This document shows positions 26,400-38,776 of a DNA stretch of 64,000 bases, piece by piece. Both the position numbers and the translations under genes were made by a program. Positions within the stretch are counted from its first letter, which is position 1, and each line of letters begins with the position of its first letter. This DNA is from Vicugna vicugna (taxonomy: Eukaryota). The notes under the pieces were generated by a model, which saw nothing but the letters and a program-made list of their open reading frames with translations, was not told where the DNA came from and did no database searches. Location: the NCBI GenBank assembly GCA_013265495.1, contig MU059377.1:13619273-13683272 (forward strand). Direction: 5' to 3'.

Positions 26400-27759
26400 C
26401 AAGAATTCCAAAGTGAAACAATGAAATGCAAAAGAAGAAATAATAACAGTAATAAAGATACATATCTTAGGATTAATTAGGATAATTAGGATAATGCCCT
26501 AATTGTAAACGATCACAGGAAATTACGTGCAAATATAAAATATAAAATATGTATCTATATAGGCTGGGCTGAGTGAAACTGACTATATGATATCTGAAAA
26601 AAACAGATTTTTCTAAAATCCTCCTCTCTGTTTACCCCTGGTCTCTAGTATGTTATCTGCTTAAAAAAAAAATCATCATTTAGGGTCATGAAGCAACTAG
26701 AGCCTTCCCCTTGTTTTTAAACACAGCACAACAACCTTCCTGATAAACCAACAGCTTTTTTAGAACATGTACAAAATAATACTTTCCAGCAAGCAATTTA
26801 CAAATTATGCTCTAAGGCATTAGAGAAACCAAATGTACAGAGGCATCATTTAAAGTGACATTCTCTATAGCAAAACAAGTCACACTATTGCCAATAAGCT
26901 TGAAAAGCCAGCTAAATATTTACTGATTGATATCATGTTTGGCAAGAGAACAGAAAAAGCTATTGGAGAAGCTCCCTTTTCAACTGGCATTGTGGTTGCC
27001 ATGTAATAATAATGACATAATAAGGACCAATGTCCATCATTTATAGCGATTAAGAACATGGCCTCCAGAACCAGGATGCTGAAATACACGTTCCAACTCT
27101 GCCACTTGTTAAGCGTGATCTTGGGCAAGGTACAGTGCCTGGCACAGAGTACCTGCTATATCAGTGTTTGTCAAATACGTAAATAAAACATGTGCTAACA
27201 GATATTCCACCCTGCAGTTGGACAAAACCGCTGATGGGCAGTGTACAAATTCAGCATACATGTATATGAGGGAGCATTATGTGATGATTTTTGTTCTAAT
27301 TAACACTGAAAGCTAGTATGATAAAATAAGAAACTTTTGGGGTTACCTTAATAATTATTTTGTGAGATACAATGTAAATAGAAAAGGTGAGTTAGTTTGA
27401 GTATTGATGGGATACTAAGTATGTATGCACCAACAGTATAATATTTGTCAATTATCAAATGAGTGTCAATCCATAGCCAGCTTTATTCATAAAGAACAGT
27501 AAGTGACCAAAAATCTGCCTCCAAATCTTAATTAAATGTTGAAGGAAATCATGAAAATTGTACATATAATCAACTCACAGCCACTGAACGTCTTTTTGAC
27601 GTGCTGTATGAAAAAGCAGCAGTGAACACGGGCACTCTGATTCTTTACACTGAGCTATGTTGGTTATTGTATTGATTATCTAATGCCACATTTACTCCAT
27701 GTAACAAAGAATTGCCAGATCTCTGTGGCACACAACAGTACATGTATCGCTCATGTCAT

Positions 27760-28310
27760 TAGAACCATTTGGGAATTAGCTTGGCGGTGCTGTTAAATTT
27801 GGCTGGGCTCACACACATCTAGGGGTTGGCTGGCTATCGGCTAGGGCTACTGGGGCAACGTGGCTCAGTTCCAAGCATCTCTCATCCTCCAGCAGGCTAC
27901 CCCAGGCGCAGTATCACCATAACAAAGAGATACAAGGGAGCAAGGAGAAACACATAAAACCTCAAGGGCTAAGCTCAGAGCCACAGTCACTTCTACACAG
28001 GCTATTGATCCACAAATTCTACTGTACAGCACAGGGAACTCTATTCAGTATCTTGTAGTAACCTATAATGAAAAAGAATATGAAGAGGAACATATGTATG
28101 TATATGTATGACTGAAACATTATGCTGTACACCAGAAATTGACACATTGTAAACGGACTATACTTCAATAAAAAAATACTTATGCAAAATTTTAAAAAGC
28201 CAGCCCCTATTTGAGGTGTAGGGAAATAGACTACACCTTTTTAGTAGCCAAAATGACAAGTTCAACATGGCAAAGGCAATGAATCCACCGAGGAAGCAAA
28301 GTGAAAGACC
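27760..28310. mobile_element. MaLR (MLT1-like) LTR interrupted by an L1 3' end
   Basis: tttggctgggctcacacacatctaggggttggctggc ... ctctcatcctccagcaggcta ... tcacttcta ... tattg | L1 | gccagccc ... gtagggaaatagactacacc resembles old MLT1 LTRs. Confidence 0.45.
28015..28160 (+). mobile_element. 5'-truncated cetartiodactyl/camelid L1 3' end
   Basis: ctactgtacagcacagggaactctattcagtatcttgtagtaacctataatgaaaaagaatatg ... gactatacttcaataaaaaaa, homologous to 12330-12500 in this window. Confidence 0.85.
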
Positions 28311-29659
28311 ATTTCAATGATTCAAAATGTTGTCCCCTCAAGATGCATTCTCCAAGGGATGTATTTCTACAATTTACCGAAAATTGGCAGGCTGTGTTTC
28401 TATGAACTGCTCACAACTCGCTCTGCAGTTTGAGAATGTGTTGATTCTACAATCAGTCCTAAGATTTCATGATTTTTAAATTAAAATCGTATCGTCTTAT
28501 AAGACCAAACTGGAATGCAAATGTCTAACTGCCAAGAGCTTTTTGATACTGGATAATTTTTATTATTTGTTGGAAAAAATCAGTGATGATACATTTTAAA
28601 ACCATAAGCAAATACAACAGGATCATAAAAAATATCTTCCACAGCCATAAGCAACCAGCGTGGATTAGGAAACCCTTTGCCTTTAGCTCTCAAGTTGAAA
28701 TTTCAAATTTCTAGCTTTGAAACAGTGTATGTTCTTCAGGTTAGAGTCTGACACACAGCTGAAAGTAATTTTCAGTGATAAAAAAAATTCTCCTTAAATT
28801 TCTGGGCTTGTGGCTAACCTGACTGTCGACGACTTTGAATGAACCATCAAATACCTGCCACCACTGCCAATAACATAATTGGGAATTAAGTGTTTCTAAA
28901 TTAAAGGAAAGAAAGAAAAAGAAAAGAAGCTACTAAGATGTGGAAATTGACTTATGGCTCAAACTATCCCTCAAGGGAGCCAGATGACCAGACTACCTTT
29001 CAGGAAGATAATTTGGGGAAAGATTATAGATGTTATCATTCTTATTGCTGACATGAACAAAATTATGATTTATTTTTAAATGATTTATTATTTAAAAACT
29101 TAACAACTTTTAAAAAATATACCTAAAACTGGTGGACTACATGTAAGCTCTCTGCCATTGTAATGTTCTGCAGATGACAAAAGTTTGAAAAACGAGCAAT
29201 GGTCAGCAACTGTTTGAAAAAGAGCTTGCCAACCCCGAGAATCCGCACAGGAGCTTCTGTATAGATCCAGGCACTTGGAATTATATTCAAGAATACTCAT
29301 CAGTCGGGAACACTATCATTTTGCATTGCAAAAGTGACATGGCAAGGACTGCCAAGGACTCCTATTTTGAAAGTAGGTCCTCATTTCTGATGGAATCCTT
29401 TTCTCAAGAAATATTTGCATGGCATGCCTGGACAACGGAATACCCATTTGATGCGACAGAATGGCAGGATAAAATTCAACTCCTTGTTTCCAGGTTGGGG
29501 CTGGCTACTGAGCCTGGCCCCTCAGGAAGAGTCAGCAACTTTGTCAGACAGCTGCCGGGTGGCAGGATCATTTTCACATTGATTACAAACTCACAGAAAG
29601 GACAAGCAACCGAAAAATGGAGTGTAAACTCCCAAATCGAAAAATTGTATCTTCTAGTT

Positions 29660-30100
29660 GATTAGACCAAAACACTTCGGAGTCAGCCTTGACTCTTTTT
29701 CTAACATCCCACCTCCAACCCATTAGCAAACCCTGACAGTCCTCAAAATATGCCCAGAATTTAACCACTTCCTGCCACCTTTCCCACTAACCCCCTAATG
29801 GAAGACACTATCATCTCTATCTGGATTGAGATATCCTCCTAAACATCTCCTGTATTCAGCCCACATTCCTCAACAAAGCAGCCAGAATGATTCTTTTCAA
29901 TCAGCTCACACCCCATCGCTGCTCCCAGCCCATTTCTCCCACCTCACTCAGGAAACAGCCAAGTTCTCACAATGGTCTCCAGGCTAGAAATGGACCACCC
30001 CACATTGCCTCTCTAACCTCACCCTTTACAATCTCTCCTTCTTTCCATCCACTCCAGCCTCAGTGTCCTCCTTACTCCTTAAAGCTCACAGATATTTTTC
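29660..30100 (+). mobile_element. L2 LINE fragment
   Basis: aaacacttcggagtcagccttgactc ... caaaatatgcccagaatttaaccacttcctgccacc resembles the L2 body and is homologous to 62700-62830. Confidence 0.7.
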
Positions 30101-30597
30101 TCAGAGTCAAGTGGAATTTTATTTTCTGACAGAATAAGAGATACATAAAACAGCTGACTTTGGCTTTTAGACTGAGAGCCCCTGACCCTGGACACTGAGA
30201 AGAATCACAGACCCAGTTACTTCAAAGCAAGAGATTTCTGCTCTTGAAGTCTTATGGAGGCCAGAGACCAAATATCAAATCCATCCTGCCACAAAATTGT
30301 GAGTTTCCTTGAGAGTGGACCCAACTTGGTTCAGCAAATGAGCGCGAGAGCACAGGAAAGGAAAACAGCCATCTCAAATATAGCTAATAAACCACAGGCA
30401 GAAGTTTTAACAACATTTCTGCTAGCTAGCTCTACAAGCTTTCTCATTCCATTTGCTAGCTAATGTCTTCCCCCAAAGAGTTTGTTGACTGCCTACTCCC
30501 TCAGCAGCACGCTAGCAATGAAGAGTTTGCATTCGGGAAAAGGACCAACGTGGGACTAGAGACAGCCCAGGGGCAGATCAAGTTATCATGGGAACGT

Positions 30598-30603
30598 TTT
30601 ATT
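30598..30603 (-). terminator. PRDM6: Candidate distal poly(A) signal (AATAAA) of PRDM6
   Basis: Minus strand reads ...gaaatgtaaatatacttgattAATAAAacgttccc at the end of an AU-rich, UTR-like segment. Use of this site is inferred. Confidence 0.55.
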
Positions 30604-33600
30604 AATCAAGTATATTTACATTTCTTGGCCAATTATCTCTAAATGTGTGCCTGTTTTTCATTTAAACATAATCTAATTCTGGTAGATTCTATCCTAAGAG
30701 TACAGCTGCATGCATGATCTCATTGGTTCTTTGTAGTTTTTTTTAAGACGTGAGTTTAATAAGTTAAAAAAAAAAACAAATTGTTTACCACTCTAATTGC
30801 AGGATAATTGTTCTTTTCACATCAGTGGCCTTTACAGCAAGAGGTCCTCACCACCCACAGAGAGCTTCTCTTCATTCTCTTGACTGACTTGCTTAAACTT
30901 TCCAAACCTCAAAATCAGAACTGAAATTGAGTTCTTAGCCTAGTCATTTTATTTGAGAGGAAATTGGAGAGAGACATATTTCTATTTCAATGGGGAACAA
31001 TTACAGTAAATTTTTAATTAGCATATTAAGGAAATGTATACAATGCCTTGACAGCATCTAACTATCACAATTCTATTAGCATACTACAAAGCTGGATGGC
31101 TTCCCCTTGATAATAGAAAATAAATTAAGGGGACATCAGGTTTCCAAAATAATTTTGCTAATCTGAGCCAAAGTTTTCTTCATTATCTGAGTCACTAAAT
31201 TGGCATTTGCATTTATACCAGGGGAGACCTCTTTCACAAAGTACTTAGAACTTCCCAGGAGAGAAATTTTGTCTTTATTTTTTGGCCATTTCATTCTTTC
31301 CAAGTTGGGAGAAGTTTAAGTAGGCATACTAAATTGTTCGGAGAAAGTGAGTCTACCAGGGTTGATTTCTAGCATTAGGCAGTGCTTGAATGGGGACTGT
31401 GAGATGGTGGATATTTGGTCTAGAATGGCTTCCCTCCCCGACATGTGGTGATCACCTGCTGTGGTGACAGGATTTTTTTTTTTTTTAACAAAAATGAGTT
31501 TGGCTAGAGAAAAATATCTCCAAGTTGTTGAAGTTTACTCAAGATTTTTTTCAGTTGGGAGTGATGTGCTAAGCTTTGAGGGAAGAAAAGCAGCAGCAGT
31601 GATGCTTTACAAGGCAGGAAACAGGAAATACCAACTGGAGCCTACCATGTTTCACTGATGGGGAAAATGCATTCATCCTTTTGACAACCATTGTGCCTGT
31701 TAGAATCCATATTTGGGGGAAAAAAGTAATATATATTATAGTTTCAGGACCAGGGTAAAGAACTGCCCTGTAATTAAGTCAGTTCACAAAGAAGTTTTAT
31801 AAACTTACTTTCTGAACACCTCTGACAAATTGTCTCATCTAGATTGTCTATGAACTTGAACTGGTTCCTTGAGGACCTCATGCATTTAACTACCTTATCT
31901 GTGCCTTTGACAAAGCAAACCTATAATGACTCCAGTCTTTCTAGCTCAGTGCTTTAAACCAACAGACTAACCACAGAAGCTCATATTCTTAATGGACACA
32001 AGTGCATAATTACTCCACTGATGCCTGAAAAGTAACTCACTTAGCATTCAATCAGAACAAAGGAAGAAAACTAGATTTCACTTAGCCCCCCCGTTCAGGA
32101 TGTGTTTTCACTTGTCAATAGCGTTCAAGCCCAGTTCTTTTTTGGCCAATGTCCAATGTAGCCTGCCTTTCTGCCTGTTGCCATTTGTCCTGATGTATAG
32201 AACACACTTGAGAGGATTTTTTTCTCTTAATGTGGAATTTTAGTTGCATGTTTAGAAAAACAAAACAATACCCACCAGCAATGGGATATTTGAAATTCTG
32301 CTGTCTGTAGGCACAGATTTAGAGATGATGAAATCAGTAACTACAATAATATATATATATTTAAGAATATTTTAGCACTGTTTCCACAAACATATTTCAT
32401 AAATAAATGGTACTTGTTTATTTTAAAAAGCTCTAACTCTTCAGAAGAGTTTGAATAAGGAAATATTTTCCCTTTTGAATAATTACTGTCATGTGGTTTT
32501 GGAGAGGGAAAAATGTAAACCTGCTAAGACAAGATTGAGTATATAGGAGAAGAGGATAATGATAGTATCTTTGTTATAAGAATTAAATTAGATAATTCAT
32601 GTTAAGCAGTCAGAACAGTGCCTGACAGTGATCACACAACATAATGCCATCATTATTATTATCCCCATCAACTTCTGAGGGAATAAGCTCAGATTTTATT
32701 TTTCCATCAAAATCTACTCTGCAGATTCTTTTGTATTTCTAAGGACAATGGTAGCATCTCAATACACAGGGCAGACAATTCAATGGTTTTAGGTATTCAC
32801 CCTGTTTTCTGACATATTTTTCTCTTTTTAAATCATTTTTCATATTGATTTGATGAAACATCTGACATTCATTACTGAAAAGAATAAACTCAATAAATAT
32901 TTTAAATGTTAAACACAACAATAGATTACAGTCCAAACATCTGTGGCCAGGCTTCCACAGATAAAGCAGTATCCTTTTCAGTTTGGCTCTCTTTGGCCAG
33001 TTGTATGTGACAGCTGATTGCTGGGTTTGTAGAATTTAATCTTGAGAAGGCTTGAAATATGTGACTCTTCCTGGGACTCTTATGTTGTTATTTTGTGGTA
33101 GTTCAGATAAGTGCTAGTGATGGGAAAAACCTCAAATTCTTGAGTGGATAAGGACCTAAATATCTAGTCACTTCGTAAAATGTCTCCAAAATTCTCTACC
33201 TTGAAAGGAACTTGACAAATGAGTGACATTCCTGGAACCTACTGTTATCACTTAAAGAAGCATATCTCTTAGTATCTCTCAGGATTTGGTGTCAGGAATT
33301 GGTAAAGGTCTATGGGAAATAAAATTCAAGTCACATCAAGGAAAGAAAATAGAAACTAACTTTTTTGAAAAATGTGTTTCTTTAGCTCATTTGTTATCCC
33401 TGGCCTGGTTTCTGCAAGCATAGGTAGCCTTAATATGAGAATGAGCAATGTGGCTCTCAACACTGGCTCCTGGGCCTGCTCAAAGCAACCCACTGACCCA
33501 CGTTGTTCAGGAAATGCTCCACTTAGTAAGACATGCTATGTTTTCCAAATTTAAACAAATCAACAGACACTTGCACTTGATTTTTAAAATCAGTGCAAAA

Positions 33601-36600
33601 CAATAACAGTAATTTTGCTACTTCCACTATGAAAAGCAACTAAATACAAGTATCTTACATGAACACAGCATAGTCAATTATTAGCAATTAGTTTTGCAAT
33701 AATGTACCAGGTACTTGGGTGCCACTGAAGAGGAGGAGTCTCCAGTTTTACCGCGCCAAGAGCTTGATACTGAGGCTCAAAAGCAAACTTAATCCAACGA
33801 CTGCTATTTTTAAACCAGCGGTAAATATCCCTTCTGACACTGCTCTCTGAAGCCTCTGAGTACAATTTAGGAGTCCCTGCCTCTGACAGCACCACAGCCA
33901 CACCCTGGGGACAAGGGCTACACTGCCAAGGCTTGACGCTAACGAGCCCACTCAGACACACACAGAGTCTACAGAGCTCCTGCCCTGAGCAGTTCCAGCC
34001 CTGTCCTCATTTGTTGCCGTATCACTGGAATAGGGTCATAAAAACCTTAAGACCCAAACTCTAATCCTAGGATCTTGATATTGTTGCTAAGAACCAATAG
34101 CCAGGTTGGTCAGCCAAAGACAACCAAGTCGTGTACTGTAATTTGTTTTGAAATTTTCTACCTTCTGGTTTCCAGCTGAGTTTACATCTTTCTGATTCTC
34201 CCAGTTGTAACTTCACTGAGACCACAGTCTAAAAGACTAAAATACTCATGCTATTAGCCAGCCACTTACAAGAAGAATATTATTTTCTCACCAATAGTCA
34301 TTTAAATAAAGCTCCTTATGGTGAACACCTAAAATGGAGTCTCTATACAAAATAAGATTTCAAAAAATATTTGTGGAATAAATGAATGAAACAATGAAGC
34401 AACCAATTGATGAAAAAAATTTGATGACTTGGTAAATGTTAGTAAATCTTTCTATATCTGGACTAGAATGAAGTTCTTCCAAAGCACAATCCAATAAATT
34501 TGCCAGCCCCATGAGGATAGACATGTATCATAATCCTTTTCTGTTAGCTTCCCCCCATAAGGTTATACTTGAATGGATGTTCAATAAATATTTACTAAGT
34601 AAATCAAATGATATAAACTATACAAGATTTAGTTTTACCGCTTTAATTAGCCATACAGTAACTCTATAAAAGTGTATCTCCTCTGAAAAAAGTCATTTTT
34701 AAAGATAAAGACAACCCAAATGCAAAGCTTATATTAAAAAAAAAAATCATGCACATTTCCTGGGGAAAATATTCAGCTTTCCCTAAGGTTACTGAGATTC
34801 TTCTAGAAATATGATGTCTACAGGCCCACCAGGCATTACCCATTAGCTTAGACTCCTAGCTAGAGCATGTGCTAGGATGGCATGTCTTATTCTGGGTGAA
34901 AAAAGAAAAAAAAAATTCAGTCCTCATTGATAGAAAGGAATAAAAAAGAATTGCTTCGTGAGCCAAACACAGATTCAGCCCTGACAGTCTTCTGTCTCAT
35001 CACAGATATCCTTCCCTCTCCTTAATAACTCAGTTTTTCTTCTTTTTATATCATGATTAATTAGGAAACTGCTAATCAGGGAAACCGGCAAATCTTGATG
35101 GCTGCAGTCTCTGCCACCCATTTGCAGTGTCCCTCGGGAATATCTGTCAGTTTTAAATAGAAAAGGCGAAAGCAGTTGCTGGGAGGTTTTAAGGAGTATC
35201 TCCCTCCCCAGCACATACTTCAGTGACCGCAATAGCAACTCCAGGGTTCCATGTCACTTTGGGCTCAGCAACGTGGAAATTCTGAATGTCCTCAATCTCC
35301 TATTCGCTAAGTAGCAAATATTTTTGGACCAAATTTGGTGGACAATACATGCCCCAAGTTTCCCCTACGAATAAAGGAGAAGAATAGACTTACATAAGCA
35401 GTAGTCTAGAAGACTTTTGGTAGAAAGGTTACTGCCACGTGAAGTGGGAGTTTGGGAGCAGCTGGCAAAGCCTTTAGAGTGGCAGGACCACTGTTAGGGA
35501 GACTCTGCCCACACTAGCTATGAAGAGAGGGGTGAAGGCTTCTCACACTCGCTTACAAACTCTGAGGGGGTGCACTGTGTCCACCTGTGAAATGAGGCAA
35601 ATAGCCGAACTGACTTTTCTCACTGAAAAAAATATTAGAAACATACAGGTGAGTCCCTCATGATTTGGAAAAAGCACAGGCAAAGGTTTCAACTTGCATA
35701 AATGGAACAGCTTGCTCATGTGTACAACCAATCTGTTGTTTTCTGGCAAGTTTCGGGTTAATATGGCCACAGATTTTCCCCACCCTTGCCAACGGCACAC
35801 ATGTTTGTCAAAGGTCTCCATCACTTAGAACGAACAACTGTAATATCAGAACACATTTCAATCTACCAGAGAAAATATTTTCCATCCAAAACAGTTACAT
35901 AGCAGCACACGTTGCTTATTACTCCCATGACAAGGAGTCGGCAAGAAATGGGGGTAAATCTGAATGACTTCAGATTGGACAACAGTCAAAATTAGCCAAA
36001 TTCCTCTGTGGGACCGATCATCTTAGAGATCATTTTGAGAGCGATAATAAATAAATTACAAACACAGTTAGTGAGGCCCGGTTTTACTCCATTTTAAATG
36101 TGACAGCTGGGGGCTAAGGGATGGGGACAAGAAATGAAAACGGGAGAGAAATTTTCTGAGAATCAAATACACAATGACAGATTAAACCAAACCACGAGCA
36201 TCCTCGCCTTTCAGCGGCCAGTTCAGTTACAGGTCTCCTATTTTTGTTAAGGGAAGATGATGGGAGGGCTCCTTAAAGGCTGTGTCCTGCTATCAGGTGA
36301 TCAAGAAATCTACAAACAGAGACAGCTTCTGTTCAGCATCTAAACTGTTCAGTTTTAAGCTAGACTTGATCTCCGCGACGCTGCTGGGAGCTAACAGCCA
36401 AAAATGCGAGAGCCATCAGTTCTTCCTGATGTTGCATCATTGCGTGGAAGGGGACCAATCTGACAGGGTGCTGCTGATGGACTTCCCAAAGGCTAGCGGA
36501 GGTAATGCTCACTTTCCTAGCCCTCAAACAAAGATCCGAGAAATCGTTTACACACTCCTTTCTCTTTCGTGGGTCAACGTTGAGAGAAGAATATTTATCA

Positions 36601-36863
36601 AGGGCCAAAGGAGATGAGAAGGTAACTCTTCTTGATAAAATGAGCTGTTCCGGGGGCAGTCTGTTCTAACCACCACCCTCGCCGTGGCTCCTCCTCTCCA
36701 GGTTTCCTTGTTTGGGCTCTTTCCACCTATTTTTGCTGAAATGCTCCTCTGCACTCAGGAGGGCCTCCCAGGCTTCACCTGGAGGTATGAGGAAGATGCA
36801 CCTGCCTAGAAGGATCTGGACCGGGGGGCTTGGCACTATTTTTGCTGACATATTTAACACTTT

Positions 36864-36931
36864 CACAGACACAACAAAAATTACTGGAAACCTAATACCT
36901 TATATTCAGCCTCGTACTTAAGAACTTTATT
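36864..36931 (-). terminator. PRDM6: Proximal poly(A) site: AATAAA (36926-36931) plus GU-rich downstream element (36864-36880)
   Basis: Minus strand: caaaAATAAAgttcttaagtacgagg...; about 45-60 nt downstream lies tttttgttgtgtctgtg. This is the canonical cleavage/polyadenylation layout. Confidence 0.75.
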
Positions 36932-37575
36932 TTTGTGGGTTTTTTTTTTAAGCTAAAATGTTATTGATAACAAAATTTTCTCAACTAGCTGCTTCGGAAC
37001 AAGATACTGTATTATGAAGCTCCATACATTTGAAATGTTTTTGAAATCCCGCCAGGACACAGTGAGTCCCTCCTTTTTTTTTTCCCTTGAATTTTGAAAC
37101 CATCTTCTTCCTCTTCCAGGCTCTTCTGCATCAAGACCAGGCTGATAGATGGAAGGAGCCATGAGAAAAGTGCATGAGAAAGAAGTGTGGAAAACACAGA
37201 GATGGAGAGCCCGTGGGGCTGAAGATGGCCCGGACTCAGAGAAGGCTTCTGCTTCTGCTCCCTTGGTCCCCACTGGGGCAGTCCGAGGCAGGCCAGGCCG
37301 AACTGAGACAGCAGGAAGACGGGCTGTACAATGGGTCCCCGCGAATCATGCTACTAAAAAAGGTGCAATGAGAAACAAGTCCCTGTGCATTCTCAGTCAC
37401 GACTGTGGGCAGAAGAACCCATACGATTCCTCCCTTTGGTATTAAATAACAGTTTAAAAAAGCTTTTTAGAAACAAAGCAAAAACACGGTGGGACTTGAA
37501 ATGTGAGGCATCCCAGGTTAGTTGTCCACTGAAATGAGTTTCATCCCTAGTCATAAATAAATAATCTCTCTCCTG
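36905..37575 (-). other. PRDM6: Readable part of the PRDM6 3' UTR (proximal isoform)
   Basis: Non-repetitive segment between the N-block holding the inferred last coding exon and the proximal AATAAA. It contains an AU-rich element at 37553-37564. Confidence 0.7.
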
Positions 37576-38203
37576 NNNNNNNNNNNNNNNNNNNNNNNNN
37601 NNNNNNNNNNNNNNNNNNNNNNNNNNNNNNNNNNNNNNNNNNNNNNNNNNNNNNNNNNNNNNNNNNNNNNNNNNNNNNNNNNNNNNNNNNNNNNNNNNNN
37701 NNNNNNNNNNNNNNNNNNNNNNNNNNNNNNNNNNNNNNNNNNNNNNNNNNNNNNNNNNNNNNNNNNNNNNNNNNNNNNNNNNNNNNNNNNNNNNNNNNNN
37801 NNNNNNNNNNNNNNNNNNNNNNNNNNNNNNNNNNNNNNNNNNNNNNNNNNNNNNNNNNNNNNNNNNNNNNNNNNNNNNNNNNNNNNNNNNNNNNNNNNNN
37901 NNNNNNNNNNNNNNNNNNNNNNNNNNNNNNNNNNNNNNNNNNNNNNNNNNNNNNNNNNNNNNNNNNNNNNNNNNNNNNNNNNNNNNNNNNNNNNNNNNNN
38001 NNNNNNNNNNNNNNNNNNNNNNNNNNNNNNNNNNNNNNNNNNNNNNNNNNNNNNNNNNNNNNNNNNNNNNNNNNNNNNNNNNNNNNNNNNNNNNNNNNNN
38101 NNNNNNNNNNNNNNNNNNNNNNNNNNNNNNNNNNNNNNNNNNNNNNNNNNNNNNNNNNNNNNNNNNNNNNNNNNNNNNNNNNNNNNNNNNNNNNNNNNNN
38201 NNN
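37576..38203 (-). other. PRDM6: N-block inferred to contain the start of the PRDM6 terminal exon (last zinc finger, stop codon, start of 3' UTR)
   Basis: Minus strand reads tttctctttggggttacggagCAG immediately before the first N (AG at 38205-38204). The previous exon ends mid-codon at TGEKPF-AA and needs a further exon. The bases themselves are not visible. Confidence 0.75.
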
Positions 38204-38754
38204 CTGCTCCGTAACCCCAAAGAGAAATTGATGACAAATAGAATTTCACCTGCTGCTAATTTAAAATCGGGACTTCTACTCCCTTCAGCACAGCAGCCAA
38301 AGAGTGATTATCTCTGAATTTGGAAAAAAGAGGAAGCAATACATTAGTTTGCAGTGACTACATGGGTGGATGGGGTGGATGTGGGCAGCTGCTTTTGTGC
38401 AAAAGCTAGTTAGAGAAACATAGCCCAACCAAACGCAGGGTTAAAAAAGGTTTGTGGTGAGATAGGGGACTTGGGAAAATCCAAAATCATCCAATGTTAG
38501 TGTGCTTCAAGTTCACCTCACTAGTAGGTAGAAAAAAATGTACACGGGGGCCATAATTAAGGATCAGGGTGTCTGATAAGGAGAAAACTGGCATCACATT
38601 TCAAGAATATCTCCCCTCCTAAACCAGCAGCACACATTGACTAGATCGATGGCTACACAATCTTCAAAACACATACCCATACATATACACGAATCTAATG
38701 GTGGCCTCTGGTATTTCCGTGGTGCTTGTCACTCCTGGCTGGTTGTCTCAGATT

Positions 38755-38776
38755 ACACACACACACACACACACAA
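38755..38776. repeat. (CA)n microsatellite in the last PRDM6 intron
   Basis: acacacacacacacacacacac is directly visible. Confidence 0.9.

Noticed and set aside
33739-33749. miR-145 seed match (AACTGGA, minus strand 33741-33747) in the putative long UTR
   Set aside because: A single 7-mer in a ~7-kb UTR is close to chance expectation, it lies in a possibly repeat-derived segment, and conservation cannot be assessed here.
7840-35338. Perfect CArG boxes CC(A/T)6GG at 7840-7849, 18325-18334, 21513-21522, 31707-31716 and 35329-35338 (SRF sites would suit a smooth-muscle gene)
   Set aside because: At roughly 60% AT, about 4-5 are expected by chance in this window. They are dispersed, not clustered. 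Only conservation or SRF ChIP could rescue an individual site.
37149-37445. Plus-strand 98-aa ORF antisense to the PRDM6 3' UTR
   Set aside because: It has no recognisable domain, promoter or splice context, and is explained by the locally higher GC content giving fewer stop codons.
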